A stretch of DNA of 64,000 nt from Candidatus Omnitrophota bacterium (GTDB lineage Bacteria > Omnitrophota > Gorgyraeia > Tantalellales > Tantalellaceae). Position 1 is the stretch's first letter, and every line of letters starts with the position of its first letter. The position numbers were made by a program, and so were the translations under genes. A model generated the notes under the pieces. The model saw nothing but the letters and a program-made list of their open reading frames with translations, made no database searches and was not told the DNA's origin. Of the stretch, positions 47,096 through 56,538 are shown in pieces. Location of the stretch: contig JAQUQS010000003.1 of the NCBI GenBank assembly GCA_028715965.1, positions 14,494 to 78,493 of the forward strand, read 5' to 3'.

Positions 47096-47625
47096 GGGAT
47101 CAGGCCTTTTTTCCTTTGTATGAGGACAACGCTATGCAGGACAAATAACATGAAAATACCGGGAAGGGATAACCTAAGGGACGTTATAAAAATATCCAGG
47201 TTGCCCGATATGCCCGTAAAGTTATCCTGAGGCAAGAATATATAACTCGATATGAACTTGGCCAGTATATACAATAGCGGCGTCAATAGCGGCGAAGCCT
47301 TTTGTTTTATCACGGACAGGCTTACCAGCGAAGTGAATAGGAGCATGTCCAGGGATAAGGTCACGGTCATTGGCACGTCGGGCCGTCCCGTAACAAGATG
47401 GTTCAGGACAGGCGATAACGCCCCGGCGATAATACCGTCACGCGGCCTGAGGAGTAATATCCCTAAAAGCGGCGCGTAAAATATCGGAAGGAACCTCGCC
47501 CCAACGGGTACGGACCCCGTGTAAGGCAGGATATGGAACATCACAGGCAGCATGGCGGAAACTATTATGAGCCCCGCCACCCCGCCTGCTTCAAAGACCA
47601 ACACCCGTCCATGGCCTGGCGCCAT
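47092..47625 (-). CDS. hypothetical small polytopic membrane protein (ECF S-component-like)
   Basis: 177 aa with 5-6 TM helices. 4-nt overlap with the PRTase gene. Confidence 0.45.
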   Translation of the reverse strand: MAPGHGRVLVFEAGGVAGLIIVSAMLPVMFHILPYTGSVPVGARFLPIFYAPLLGILLLRPRDGIIAGALSPVLNHLVTGRPDVPMTVTLSLDMLLFTSLVSLSVIKQKASPLLTPLLYILAKFISSYIFLPQDNFTGISGNLDIFITSLRLSLPGIFMLFVLHSVVLIQRKKGLIP

Positions 47626-47635
47626 ATGCTTCCCC

Positions 47636-48472
47636 TTATTCCTTTTTCGAGCCGAACGGGAGCTTTATCACGTTAGTAAGTTCTTTAGTGGTCTCGGTGA
47701 TCGTTCCCGTGGCGCCCTTGACCATTCCCTGGGCCTGTTCGGTCGTCTTGCTTAGTGTTTCAGTAGCGACCGCTACGGTCTGTCCGGTAAGTTTCTGCGC
47801 CGTAGCCAGCGTATCCGAGATGATGCCCTTTAAAGGACCTATATCGAAATTAGTAAGCCTGGCTATAGTGGTATTCATGATGGCCTTGACCACTATCAGC
47901 GATACCAGTTTGTTCGGATCGTTTATGTTGGAATATTTTTCATCGAGGTTGAGCGGGAATTCCTGCACTTTGGGTTTACCGCCGCCGGAGTAGTCCTTGT
48001 ATAGCACCCTGCCTATCTTCAGGTGCAATGAATCTATCTGCATAGCGGGGAGTTTGCCCTTTGCCCCGGCCGGTTCCCTGGCCCCGCCTTTCTGCTGCAC
48101 AACTTTCAACGAATCAAGGTTAAGCTCACCTTTTTCGTTCTTGACCACCGTGAACTCTTTCAGGTAGATACGCATATCGTAGAGATGTATAGTCCCCTTC
48201 GTGATAGCCGGCAGATCGTAATCCACGTATATATCCGGCATATCCAGCATGACCTTGTCGGCAAAACCTTTCGGGTTAAAAAGGCGAAGCCCGTCTATGT
48301 CGACTTTCGTGTTAAGAATGCCAACGCGAAAGCTATCCACCCTGAGCCTTAAGCCGGTGACCAGCTCAACCCCTCTTTCCACGGCTACTTTGACAAGTAC
48401 GTCCTTGGCTATGGCAAAGACCATAACTACAGCAAGAATGGATATCACCGTTACTATTATAATCTTCTTCAT
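47636..48472 (-). CDS. hypothetical exported protein (AsmA/DUF748-like)
   Basis: N-terminal TM/signal anchor followed by a beta-rich domain. C-terminus is Thr/Ala-rich. Confidence 0.45.
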   Translation of the reverse strand: MKKIIIVTVISILAVVMVFAIAKDVLVKVAVERGVELVTGLRLRVDSFRVGILNTKVDIDGLRLFNPKGFADKVMLDMPDIYVDYDLPAITKGTIHLYDMRIYLKEFTVVKNEKGELNLDSLKVVQQKGGAREPAGAKGKLPAMQIDSLHLKIGRVLYKDYSGGGKPKVQEFPLNLDEKYSNINDPNKLVSLIVVKAIMNTTIARLTNFDIGPLKGIISDTLATAQKLTGQTVAVATETLSKTTEQAQGMVKGATGTITETTKELTNVIKLPFGSKKE

Positions 48473-48598
48473 GATATCTCCTTTTCCCGTCGCGTTGTGT
48501 CACCCAGAACCCCATCCACACGTTATTGTTGACCGTTCCGGTATCTTTAACATTTTACCTGACCAGGCGGATATTTCCATAAAAAAACAGGCCTGCGG

Positions 48599-49669
48599 TC
48601 AAAGCCATTTTTTCCGCTTAAAATAGACCAGCATCGTGACGCCGACCAGGCCCATTATGCCCAGAACAGCGAAATATCCCCATTGCCATTCCAATTCCGG
48701 CATATATTTGAAATTCATCCCGTATACACCGGCTATGAACGTAAGGGGTATGAACACGGTGGCGAACATGGTCAGGACCTTCATCACCTCGTTCATCTTA
48801 TTGCTCAGGCTGGATAAATATACCTCCAGTATGCCCGACACCATATCCCTCATGGCTTCCAGAGTGTCCACTACCTGTATAGTATGGTCATATACGTCGC
48901 GGAAATATATTTTTGTATGTTTTTTTATACCGGGGAAATCCCCACGCTGGATAGAGCTCAAAACCTCGCGCAAGGGCCATATAGACCTTCTGAGGAGGAT
49001 CGTGCTTCTTTTGAGCCCGTGTATGTCAGAGACCTGCACTTTGTCCGGGTCTAGCGCGAGCTCACCTTCTATCTTTTCAGTATCTTCCGAGAACTTTTCC
49101 AGTATGGCAAAGTAATTGTCTACCACTGAATCCACAAGCGCGTACGCGAGATAATCCGCACCCATACCACGCACTTTCCCTTTACCCTGGCGTATCCTGT
49201 TGCGTACGGGATCGAACACATCCCCGACCCTCTCCTGGAACGAAATAACATACCTGTCCGCCACTACAAGGCTGACCTGTTCGGTTACCACATCTTTCAT
49301 AGCCGTGTCCAGGTAGCACATCTTTAGCACCAGGAAGATATATCCGTCGTAATCCTCGACCTTGGGCCTCTGTCCGGTGTTCACGATATCCTCAAGAAGA
49401 AGCGGATGTAACCCGAAATCGGACCCAAGTTTCTCTATGATCGACAGGTCATGTACCCCGTCCACATTTATCCATGTCACCGTGGACGTATTCTTGAAAT
49501 CGGAACATTCCTCGACTGAGTTCACGGTTTTTTCCGTGAACTTCTTCTCGTCATAATCCATGACGGTTATTTTAACGCCGGAAGAGATCTTTTCCCCTAT
49601 ATGGACCAGGGTCCCCGGGGCCAGGCCCGCCATTTTCGATATTTTTTTAGTAAGTCTGGGCATTTTCAT
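48599..49669 (-). CDS. corA: magnesium/cobalt transporter CorA
   Basis: 356 aa with two C-terminal TM helices carrying the GMN motif (GVYGMNFKYMPEL). Confidence 0.9.
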   Translation of the reverse strand: MKMPRLTKKISKMAGLAPGTLVHIGEKISSGVKITVMDYDEKKFTEKTVNSVEECSDFKNTSTVTWINVDGVHDLSIIEKLGSDFGLHPLLLEDIVNTGQRPKVEDYDGYIFLVLKMCYLDTAMKDVVTEQVSLVVADRYVISFQERVGDVFDPVRNRIRQGKGKVRGMGADYLAYALVDSVVDNYFAILEKFSEDTEKIEGELALDPDKVQVSDIHGLKRSTILLRRSIWPLREVLSSIQRGDFPGIKKHTKIYFRDVYDHTIQVVDTLEAMRDMVSGILEVYLSSLSNKMNEVMKVLTMFATVFIPLTFIAGVYGMNFKYMPELEWQWGYFAVLGIMGLVGVTMLVYFKRKKWL

Positions 49670-49750
49670 CCTCTCTCAGGATAGACACGTCGCACGATCG
49701 GCCGTTGACTTCCACGCCTGTATACCGAAATACGACAAGGGATACCCTTT

Positions 49751-50140
49751 TTACTTCCCTTCCTTCTCCCTGAGTATGTTATCGACCACACGCGATAGTT
49801 CGTTCCCGAGGACAAAAGGCTTACGCAGGACCTCGTCCCTGCCCCCTGCCTTGTAGAAGTCCATCTGGTATTTGAATATCTCGCTGGGATGTCCCGAGAT
49901 AAGCACTACTTCGGTATCAGGGTGTTCCTTCTTTATCCCCTTGCAGACCTCTACGCCGTTCAAGCCCGGCATTACCAGGTCGACAAAGGCTATATCGAAC
50001 CTGGCCTCACTGACGAGTTCAAGCGCCTGCTTGCCGTTGGAAACCGTAACCACCTCATGCCCGCAAGCCTCTAGTTCGCCTTTTATCCCCATCAGGATGA
50101 TCTCCTCATCGTCCACTACAAGAATCCTGCCTTTCAGCAT
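49751..50140 (-). CDS. single-domain response regulator (CheY-like receiver)
   Basis: LVVDDEE acidic pocket, phospho-acceptor in VDLVMPG, and K in LRKPF. Confidence 0.85.
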   Translation of the reverse strand: MLKGRILVVDDEEIILMGIKGELEACGHEVVTVSNGKQALELVSEARFDIAFVDLVMPGLNGVEVCKGIKKEHPDTEVVLISGHPSEIFKYQMDFYKAGGRDEVLRKPFVLGNELSRVVDNILREKEGK

Positions 50141-50214
50141 ATCTACCCCTTCCTGGCGCTATAGTACTAAGGTGTTCATGTTATCCCTGTGCGCTAAGCG
50201 TTCTCAGTATAATA

Positions 50215-51027
50215 TCATTTATTCCCGGCCACTTCATCGTCCCCGACCAACTTACGCACCTCCCTGGCAAGTAACGCCGGGCTGTCATATTCTATCACGT
50301 TATTTATACCTATCTTCTCGCATATCTTAGTGGTTATATTGTAATCCAGTTCCTGGTTCATGCGCGCGTACAATATCACAGGAGTATCCATTGTACGCGG
50401 CATCTGCCGTAATTTCGAGACCACGAACACCCCGGATATATCTTTAAGTCCCATATTGATCAGGAGTATCCCCGGAGTCTCGTCCATTATCTTCTCCATC
50501 GCGGCAAGACCGCCCCCGGCATGGTCCACGGTGAACCCTTCATGCAGGAATTCCAACGCTATTTTATCGAATTCTTCTTTATTGTCCTCGACTATAAGTA
50601 CTTTCTTAATCACACCCTTTTTTCCTTTTGCGCGCACCGGCCCATACCTCTTTTCCAGTATGAACTCGATCTCCCCCATCAATTTATGAAGGTCGAAAGG
50701 TTTAGGCATGAACCCGTCCACGTTTATATCCCTGAAGATCTGTTCAAGATTTGCCCTGGCGGTAAGCACAAGTACCGCGTGATCCGGCCTGGGACCTCCA
50801 TGGCATATCCTGTTATAGAACTCAATACCGCCCATATTAGGCATGTTGATATCCAGCACGATAAGATGTGGAGTGAACGTCTCCAGGACCAGAAGGGCCT
50901 GGGCCCCGTCATACGCGGTCATGACCTCATATCCTTTCACGCTTTCCAACTGGAACTTCAGCGCCAGGACAAGGTCTTCCGCGTCATCTACCAGAAGTAT
51001 TCTCCACTTTTCGTTGTCCATGCACAC
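50215..51027 (-). CDS. response regulator with two tandem receiver domains
   Basis: REC1 has LLVDDAED, IVLDINMP and MPKPF. REC2 has LIVEDN. Confidence 0.8.
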   Translation of the reverse strand: MCMDNEKWRILLVDDAEDLVLALKFQLESVKGYEVMTAYDGAQALLVLETFTPHLIVLDINMPNMGGIEFYNRICHGGPRPDHAVLVLTARANLEQIFRDINVDGFMPKPFDLHKLMGEIEFILEKRYGPVRAKGKKGVIKKVLIVEDNKEEFDKIALEFLHEGFTVDHAGGGLAAMEKIMDETPGILLINMGLKDISGVFVVSKLRQMPRTMDTPVILYARMNQELDYNITTKICEKIGINNVIEYDSPALLAREVRKLVGDDEVAGNK

Positions 51028-51058
51028 CCTTCCCTAGATCTCCTCGATCTACGTGTTA

Positions 51059-52225
51059 TCATCCCTTTATCGGGATGGTAAAACTGAATACACTTCCACG
51101 CCCGGGGTCCGATTCTACCCAGATGCGCCCACCATGGCGCTGTACTATCTCACGGCATATCGCGAGCCCCAGCCCCGTACCCCCGGTCTTCCTTGTAGCC
51201 GGGTCCCCCAGCTGCCGGAACTTGTCGAACAATTTTTCCTTATCGGTCCCCGCTATCCCCATCCCCGTATCGACCACGCTTACAAGAACAGCGGCCCCGT
51301 CTTCCGACAGGTCGCTCTTTACGGTAATAGATCCCCTATCCGTGAACTTTATCGCGTTATCCACCAGGTTGAATATCACCTGGTTCATCTTATCCCGGTT
51401 CATATTGACCGCCGGAATACCCGGTGACAGCTCGGCTTCCACTTTCAGTCCTTTTTGCCCCGCCATCAGCCCCAGCACGTCGACAACATCGTGTATAAGG
51501 CTGTTCATGTCATCCGGTTGCCTTACCAGCTCATCCCTGCCGGACTCCATTTTGGAAAGGTCCAGGATATCCTCAATAAGCCGCCTCAGCCTCTCTCCGT
51601 GTTTTCTTGTCTTTTCCAGGAGGTCCTTTTGCCTAGGCGTAAGCTCGCCCGGCGTCCCGCTTATCAGTACATCCAGCATAAGATTTATCGTAGCCAGGGG
51701 ACTTTTAAGCTCATGTGATACCGTGGAACTGAAATCCTTTTGTTTTTCGTACATATTCCGCAACTTCTCGTTAGCGTCCACAAGACCGGTATTCGCCCTG
51801 GCAAGTTCTTCGGCAAGGATCCTGTTCCTCATTACCATATCATATTTTTCCAGGGCATCGTTGATTATGTTCCTGAGGCCCCGGTCATCCCAGGGTTTGT
51901 TTATGAACCGGTAGACCTCTCCCCTGTTTATGGCCTCTTCCGCTATGGTCATGTCGGTATACCCGGTGAACATGATCCTGACCACATCGGGATATTTTTC
52001 CTTTACCCGCGACAGGAGCTCAATACCGGATACGCCCGGCATATGCTGGTCCGAAATGATCACCTTAATCTTTTCCCCCGCAATGATAGAAAGCGCTTCC
52101 TCGGGATCAGATGTGGTAAGGACTCCGTAATGCTCGCCCCTCAAAAGACGTTTTATCGTGTTAAGTATGCTTGCCTCGTCGTCTACCACAAGGAGGCTGT
52201 TCTCTCTCTGGCCGTTCTCAGTCAT
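51059..52225 (-). CDS. hybrid sensor kinase: N-terminal receiver + HisKA + HATPase_c
   Basis: REC domain with LVVDDEAS and ISDQHMPG. H-box SHELKSPL. G-boxes GTGLGLAI. Confidence 0.85.
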   Translation of the reverse strand: MTENGQRENSLLVVDDEASILNTIKRLLRGEHYGVLTTSDPEEALSIIAGEKIKVIISDQHMPGVSGIELLSRVKEKYPDVVRIMFTGYTDMTIAEEAINRGEVYRFINKPWDDRGLRNIINDALEKYDMVMRNRILAEELARANTGLVDANEKLRNMYEKQKDFSSTVSHELKSPLATINLMLDVLISGTPGELTPRQKDLLEKTRKHGERLRRLIEDILDLSKMESGRDELVRQPDDMNSLIHDVVDVLGLMAGQKGLKVEAELSPGIPAVNMNRDKMNQVIFNLVDNAIKFTDRGSITVKSDLSEDGAAVLVSVVDTGMGIAGTDKEKLFDKFRQLGDPATRKTGGTGLGLAICREIVQRHGGRIWVESDPGRGSVFSFTIPIKG

Positions 52226-52757
52226 GTTTCTCCTCTTCTACCTCTATTACGATATTCCCGTTCCCGTCCCTTTTCAGGCTCATTAGCCCGGGATACTCTT
52301 TTTCTATCTGATCCAGCATGGCGTCCCTCTTACGTATCTCGTTCAGAAGCTCTCTGTTCCGGGTTATAAGCCCCTTGTGCTGCAAGGCCCTCTTTACCGT
52401 AACACGCATATCCTCATTATCCCAGGGCTTGATGATGAACTTATAGATACTTCCCTTGTTTATCGCTTCTATGGCCATATTCAGGTCCGGGTGGGCCGTA
52501 ATAAGTATCGTAATGGTCTCGGGATGGGAGCTAGACACCTTTTGCAGGAGTTCCATCCCATTGGCCCCGCCTAGCTTGTAGTCACATATTATCAGATCGA
52601 CCTTTTCGACAGTTATTATCTCTGTCGCGCGGACCGCGTCCAGGGCCTCGGAGATCCGGTATTCATCATCCCTCAACACCCTTTTGAGCGAGTTTATGAT
52701 CTCAACCTGGTCGTCGACTATAAGAATGTGCCACTTTTTCATGCGCCTCCCGGTCAT
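52218..52757 (-). CDS. response regulator receiver protein with short C-terminal extension
   Basis: Carries ILIVDDQ, LIICDYKLGG and IIKPW. Confidence 0.8.
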   Translation of the reverse strand: MTGRRMKKWHILIVDDQVEIINSLKRVLRDDEYRISEALDAVRATEIITVEKVDLIICDYKLGGANGMELLQKVSSSHPETITILITAHPDLNMAIEAINKGSIYKFIIKPWDNEDMRVTVKRALQHKGLITRNRELLNEIRKRDAMLDQIEKEYPGLMSLKRDGNGNIVIEVEEEKHD

Positions 52758-55700
52758 TGTACTTTTTCATATACCGCCGGCAGGGTTATCCTGAAGCATG
52801 TACCCTTGCCCGGTTCACTTTCCACGTCGATCGTTCCATTGTGTTTTTTAATTATACCATGCGTTATGCTTAAACCAAGTCCCGTACCTTCTCCTTTTTC
52901 TTTTGTCGAGAAAAAAGGCTCGAAAACCTTTTCTATCACTTCCGGGTCTATACCACGTCCGCTATCCACGACCTCTGCCACCACGCTACTCCCCCTGGCA
53001 TACGTTCTTACGACTATAGCCCCCCTGGCCTCTATGGCATGGCCGGCATTCACAAGCAGGTTTATGAACACCTGTCCCATCTGCTGGACATCACATTTTA
53101 CCGACGGTAGCTGACCATACTCCTTTATCAGCTCGGCCTTGTACTTTATCTCGTTCCATACGATATTTATAACACCGTCTATTACTTCGTTAAGGCTCAC
53201 CAGTTCCAGGTTCTCCCTTGACGGGCGGGAGAACGTCTTAAGGTCATAGACTATTTTCTTGATACGCTCGATCCCCGTGTTACTCTCCATTATAAGGTCC
53301 GTTACGTCCTTGGCTATATAGTCCAAGTCGATATTTTCTCTTTTTTCATCCACGCTCTTTATAGCAGCCTCTATCTTCTCCTCGGACCTTTCCTTAACAG
53401 CGTTTTCCAGCTCTATCATCTCCCTTACCATCCCGGTAATGTCGTGTACATATGTACTGAGAACGGTAAGGTTACTACCGATGAAACTTATCGGGTTATT
53501 TATCTCATGGGCCACCCCCGCGGCTATCTGCCCGATAGAAGCCAACTTCTCCGTCTGTATGGTCTTCCTTTCCACCTCCTTCCTCTCACCTATATCCCTT
53601 ATTACCACAAGTATACCGGCTGTCCTCCTCCAGGTTATACGGGTATAGATGAGCTCACATTCCAGCTTGTCCCCGTCGGACCTTTCTATCGACGTTTCCA
53701 CGCTCTTGTCGGGGAGTTCCTTGGGAAGGTGTATATACTTATCCATTTTATACGCGGCGGCCTTGAAAAGTCTTTCCGCGGCCGGGTTGGCGTAAACGCA
53801 TTCCCCATCCTTTTTGAGTATCACTATCCCGTCCACGCTTCTCTCGATCATGGCCCTGAACTGTTCCTCACTGGTCTTGAGGTATTCTTCCGCCTTTTTC
53901 TTCTCGGTTATGTCCTCGACCATATCTATGACCGCCACCACATCCCCGTTATCGTCCTTTACCGGCGAGGTCACTATACGGTAATGTATAGTGGAGTCCC
54001 CTCTCGGGGTATTCGATATAGCCTCGTGCCTCTCGCCATCCCGGAAAGTCAGACAAGTGGGACAATACGTGCATATATTGTCACGCGGCGGACGGTTGAA
54101 CGCCTGATAACATATGGGCTTCGTTTCCGGGTCCACGTCAGGGAACCATTCCTTCATTTTCCTGTTCAGCGTGAGGACCTCCATGCCAGGACCGATCAGC
54201 GCGACACCTACCCCGATATTATCCACCACTCCCTGGAACTTCTCCTTGGACTCCCGTAGTTCCGTCTCATATCTTTTGCGCTCGGTTATATCCTCGAATA
54301 TCTCTATTCCGCCCACGACCTCGCCGTTGGTATCCCTCAATACATCCGCGTTCTTGGATATATATACCGTATGCCCGTCCTTATGGCGTATGGTAGCTTC
54401 TTTCATGATCACGGGTTTCTCCACATCATCAGAGAAAAGACCACAGACCTTCACACAAGGCGCTTTAGAGAAGAACAGGCATTCTTTCCCGATCACCTCC
54501 TGCATGGTATATCCCGTTATCTGCTCGGCCCGCTTGTTCCACGTTATCACGCGTTTATTCACATCGACCGTAAATATGGCCGACGGGCTTGTCCTCAGCA
54601 TCTTGTCCCCGAAGTTCTTAGCCTCGATAAGGGCCTCTTCTATCTTTTTCGCTTCCGTGATATCCAGCATAACGCCTACCATGCCCTGTTTACGGTCATA
54701 GGTCTCATATCTGGCCTTATAGAACATTACCGCCCGCTCTGTCCCGTCCGCATGGACCACTTTCGCCTCGTAGACCTGGTTCCCACCATCCCGGACAAGC
54801 TCCTGATCCGCTTCATGGTATTTATCAGCGAATTCCCTGGGCGACACCTCATATACGGTCTTTCCTATTATCTCTTCCTTCCTTTTACCCACGAACTCCA
54901 TGAACGCCTTATTGCACCCCATATACATCCCTATGGAATTCTTATAGAACACCGGGTTCGGGATAGCGTCTATGATGGTCTGGAGAAGCTCAAGATCCTG
55001 TTCCGCCCGATAAAAATCCTTCATCATATCCGTAATATCGCTGGCAAAAGCTATGACCCCCCTGATCTTGCCTCCATCATCCCGGTATGGGATCTTGTTC
55101 ACATATAGCCACTTGTTCCCACCCGCGAGGGGCAACCTTTCCACGATACCTTTTTTGGGCTGGCCGGTCCTTATGACCTCCTGGTCGTCTTTCCCGTATC
55201 TTTCCGCTTCCGTGGGCCAGAGATCAGCACAGTTCTTACCCTCGAGCTCTTCTTTCCTCATTTCCGTTATCTTACAAAAAGCGTTGTTCACGCTTATGAG
55301 AGTGTTGTCATTGTCCTTATAGAACACTCCGGCAGGCACAGCATCGAATATGGCCTGTTTTTCCTTCAGGGTCGAACGCAGGGCGATCCTTGTCTTTGTA
55401 TATTCAGAAATATCCCTTACGATACCGATGATACGGACCGGTTTGCCCGACTGGTCCCTCATGACATTCCCCGCTTCCAGCACCCACTTTTCCCCACCAT
55501 CGGACGTTACCACACGATGTTCGACCGCGTATTCCTCGCCGTTCCTCGCGCTCCGCCTCAAGGCGGCGGCTACTTTCTTCCGGTCATCGCGGTGTATGCT
55601 TCTCACGTATTTCCGGAACTTGTTCTCGCCCGGAGCGGTGTCAGGCATTCCCAGGATTATCGGGGAAACCTCTTCCGACCATTTCAGTTCACCTGTGACC

Positions 55701-56443
55701 ATGTCCAGGTCCCACACTCCGACCTTTGCTACAGCCCGTGCCAACCGGAACCTTTCGTTGGATTCTTCCAGCCTGGCTTCTATCTCCTGCCGGACCCGCA
55801 GGTCCCTCGCTATCGAAATGATTATCTTTCTGCCGCCGATAGTAACGACGCGGCTGTTTATCTCGACCGGGACCTCCGCCCCGCTCTTTGTCCTGTGCCT
55901 TATCCTGAACATGCATTTTTCCGAGGCCCTGAGCTCCCTTATGGCCCTTTCCCGCTCCTCATTCCATGTGTCCGCGTCCAGGTCCCTCGGGGTCATGGAC
56001 ATGAACTCTTCCCGGGTATATCCCATTACCCTGCACGCCGTATCGTTAACCTCGATGAAATTCCCCAGGCTGCCGTCGTCATTCACGATGTAAACATAGA
56101 CGGCGTCGTTTATCACATTGAACATGGCGTTGTAGTTCTCAAGCGTGCGGACTGTTTCTTTTTCAGAAAGGATGGACCTGTTCAGGTAGAGCTGGATGAA
56201 TATTCCCGAGAACACGAATAACAGAAATACGATGACCCGGTGGAAAAGTTCGGCAGCGTCATTGGGGACCAGCCACTGATACTCCCTGCCCCCGAAGAAC
56301 CTCTGTTCGATGAACCCGTCAATGACCCAGTTAACGGCGCCGATCACGATGAAAATGATAAGAATGGAATATTTCCCGGACGGGCTTACCAGCGGACCGC
56401 GCCCGCGATGTGTTCTTTTTGTCTCTATATCCCGCATAGACAA
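52754..56443 (-). CDS. multi-PAS sensor histidine kinase (2 N-terminal TM helices, about 6 PAS/PAC domains, HisKA, HATPase_c)
   Basis: 1229 aa. H-box AHEINNPISF. ATPase G-boxes GTGLGLSITHGIIKKHNG. Confidence 0.85.
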   Translation of the reverse strand: MSMRDIETKRTHRGRGPLVSPSGKYSILIIFIVIGAVNWVIDGFIEQRFFGGREYQWLVPNDAAELFHRVIVFLLFVFSGIFIQLYLNRSILSEKETVRTLENYNAMFNVINDAVYVYIVNDDGSLGNFIEVNDTACRVMGYTREEFMSMTPRDLDADTWNEERERAIRELRASEKCMFRIRHRTKSGAEVPVEINSRVVTIGGRKIIISIARDLRVRQEIEARLEESNERFRLARAVAKVGVWDLDMVTGELKWSEEVSPIILGMPDTAPGENKFRKYVRSIHRDDRKKVAAALRRSARNGEEYAVEHRVVTSDGGEKWVLEAGNVMRDQSGKPVRIIGIVRDISEYTKTRIALRSTLKEKQAIFDAVPAGVFYKDNDNTLISVNNAFCKITEMRKEELEGKNCADLWPTEAERYGKDDQEVIRTGQPKKGIVERLPLAGGNKWLYVNKIPYRDDGGKIRGVIAFASDITDMMKDFYRAEQDLELLQTIIDAIPNPVFYKNSIGMYMGCNKAFMEFVGKRKEEIIGKTVYEVSPREFADKYHEADQELVRDGGNQVYEAKVVHADGTERAVMFYKARYETYDRKQGMVGVMLDITEAKKIEEALIEAKNFGDKMLRTSPSAIFTVDVNKRVITWNKRAEQITGYTMQEVIGKECLFFSKAPCVKVCGLFSDDVEKPVIMKEATIRHKDGHTVYISKNADVLRDTNGEVVGGIEIFEDITERKRYETELRESKEKFQGVVDNIGVGVALIGPGMEVLTLNRKMKEWFPDVDPETKPICYQAFNRPPRDNICTYCPTCLTFRDGERHEAISNTPRGDSTIHYRIVTSPVKDDNGDVVAVIDMVEDITEKKKAEEYLKTSEEQFRAMIERSVDGIVILKKDGECVYANPAAERLFKAAAYKMDKYIHLPKELPDKSVETSIERSDGDKLECELIYTRITWRRTAGILVVIRDIGERKEVERKTIQTEKLASIGQIAAGVAHEINNPISFIGSNLTVLSTYVHDITGMVREMIELENAVKERSEEKIEAAIKSVDEKRENIDLDYIAKDVTDLIMESNTGIERIKKIVYDLKTFSRPSRENLELVSLNEVIDGVINIVWNEIKYKAELIKEYGQLPSVKCDVQQMGQVFINLLVNAGHAIEARGAIVVRTYARGSSVVAEVVDSGRGIDPEVIEKVFEPFFSTKEKGEGTGLGLSITHGIIKKHNGTIDVESEPGKGTCFRITLPAVYEKVQ

Positions 56444-56538
56444 TGACCTTTTCGGAGGCGTTTCAGGTTGTATCGTCTCCTGATCTTAAGAACGGTAATA
56501 CATTAAGATCCTCACACACTGACCGCGAATATCCTCGA

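Noticed and set aside
51075-56221. Series of 230-280 aa plus-strand ORFs antisense to the histidine-kinase genes
   Set aside because: All lie within genes that have clear H-box and G-box motifs on the minus strand, and their translations are compositionally biased.
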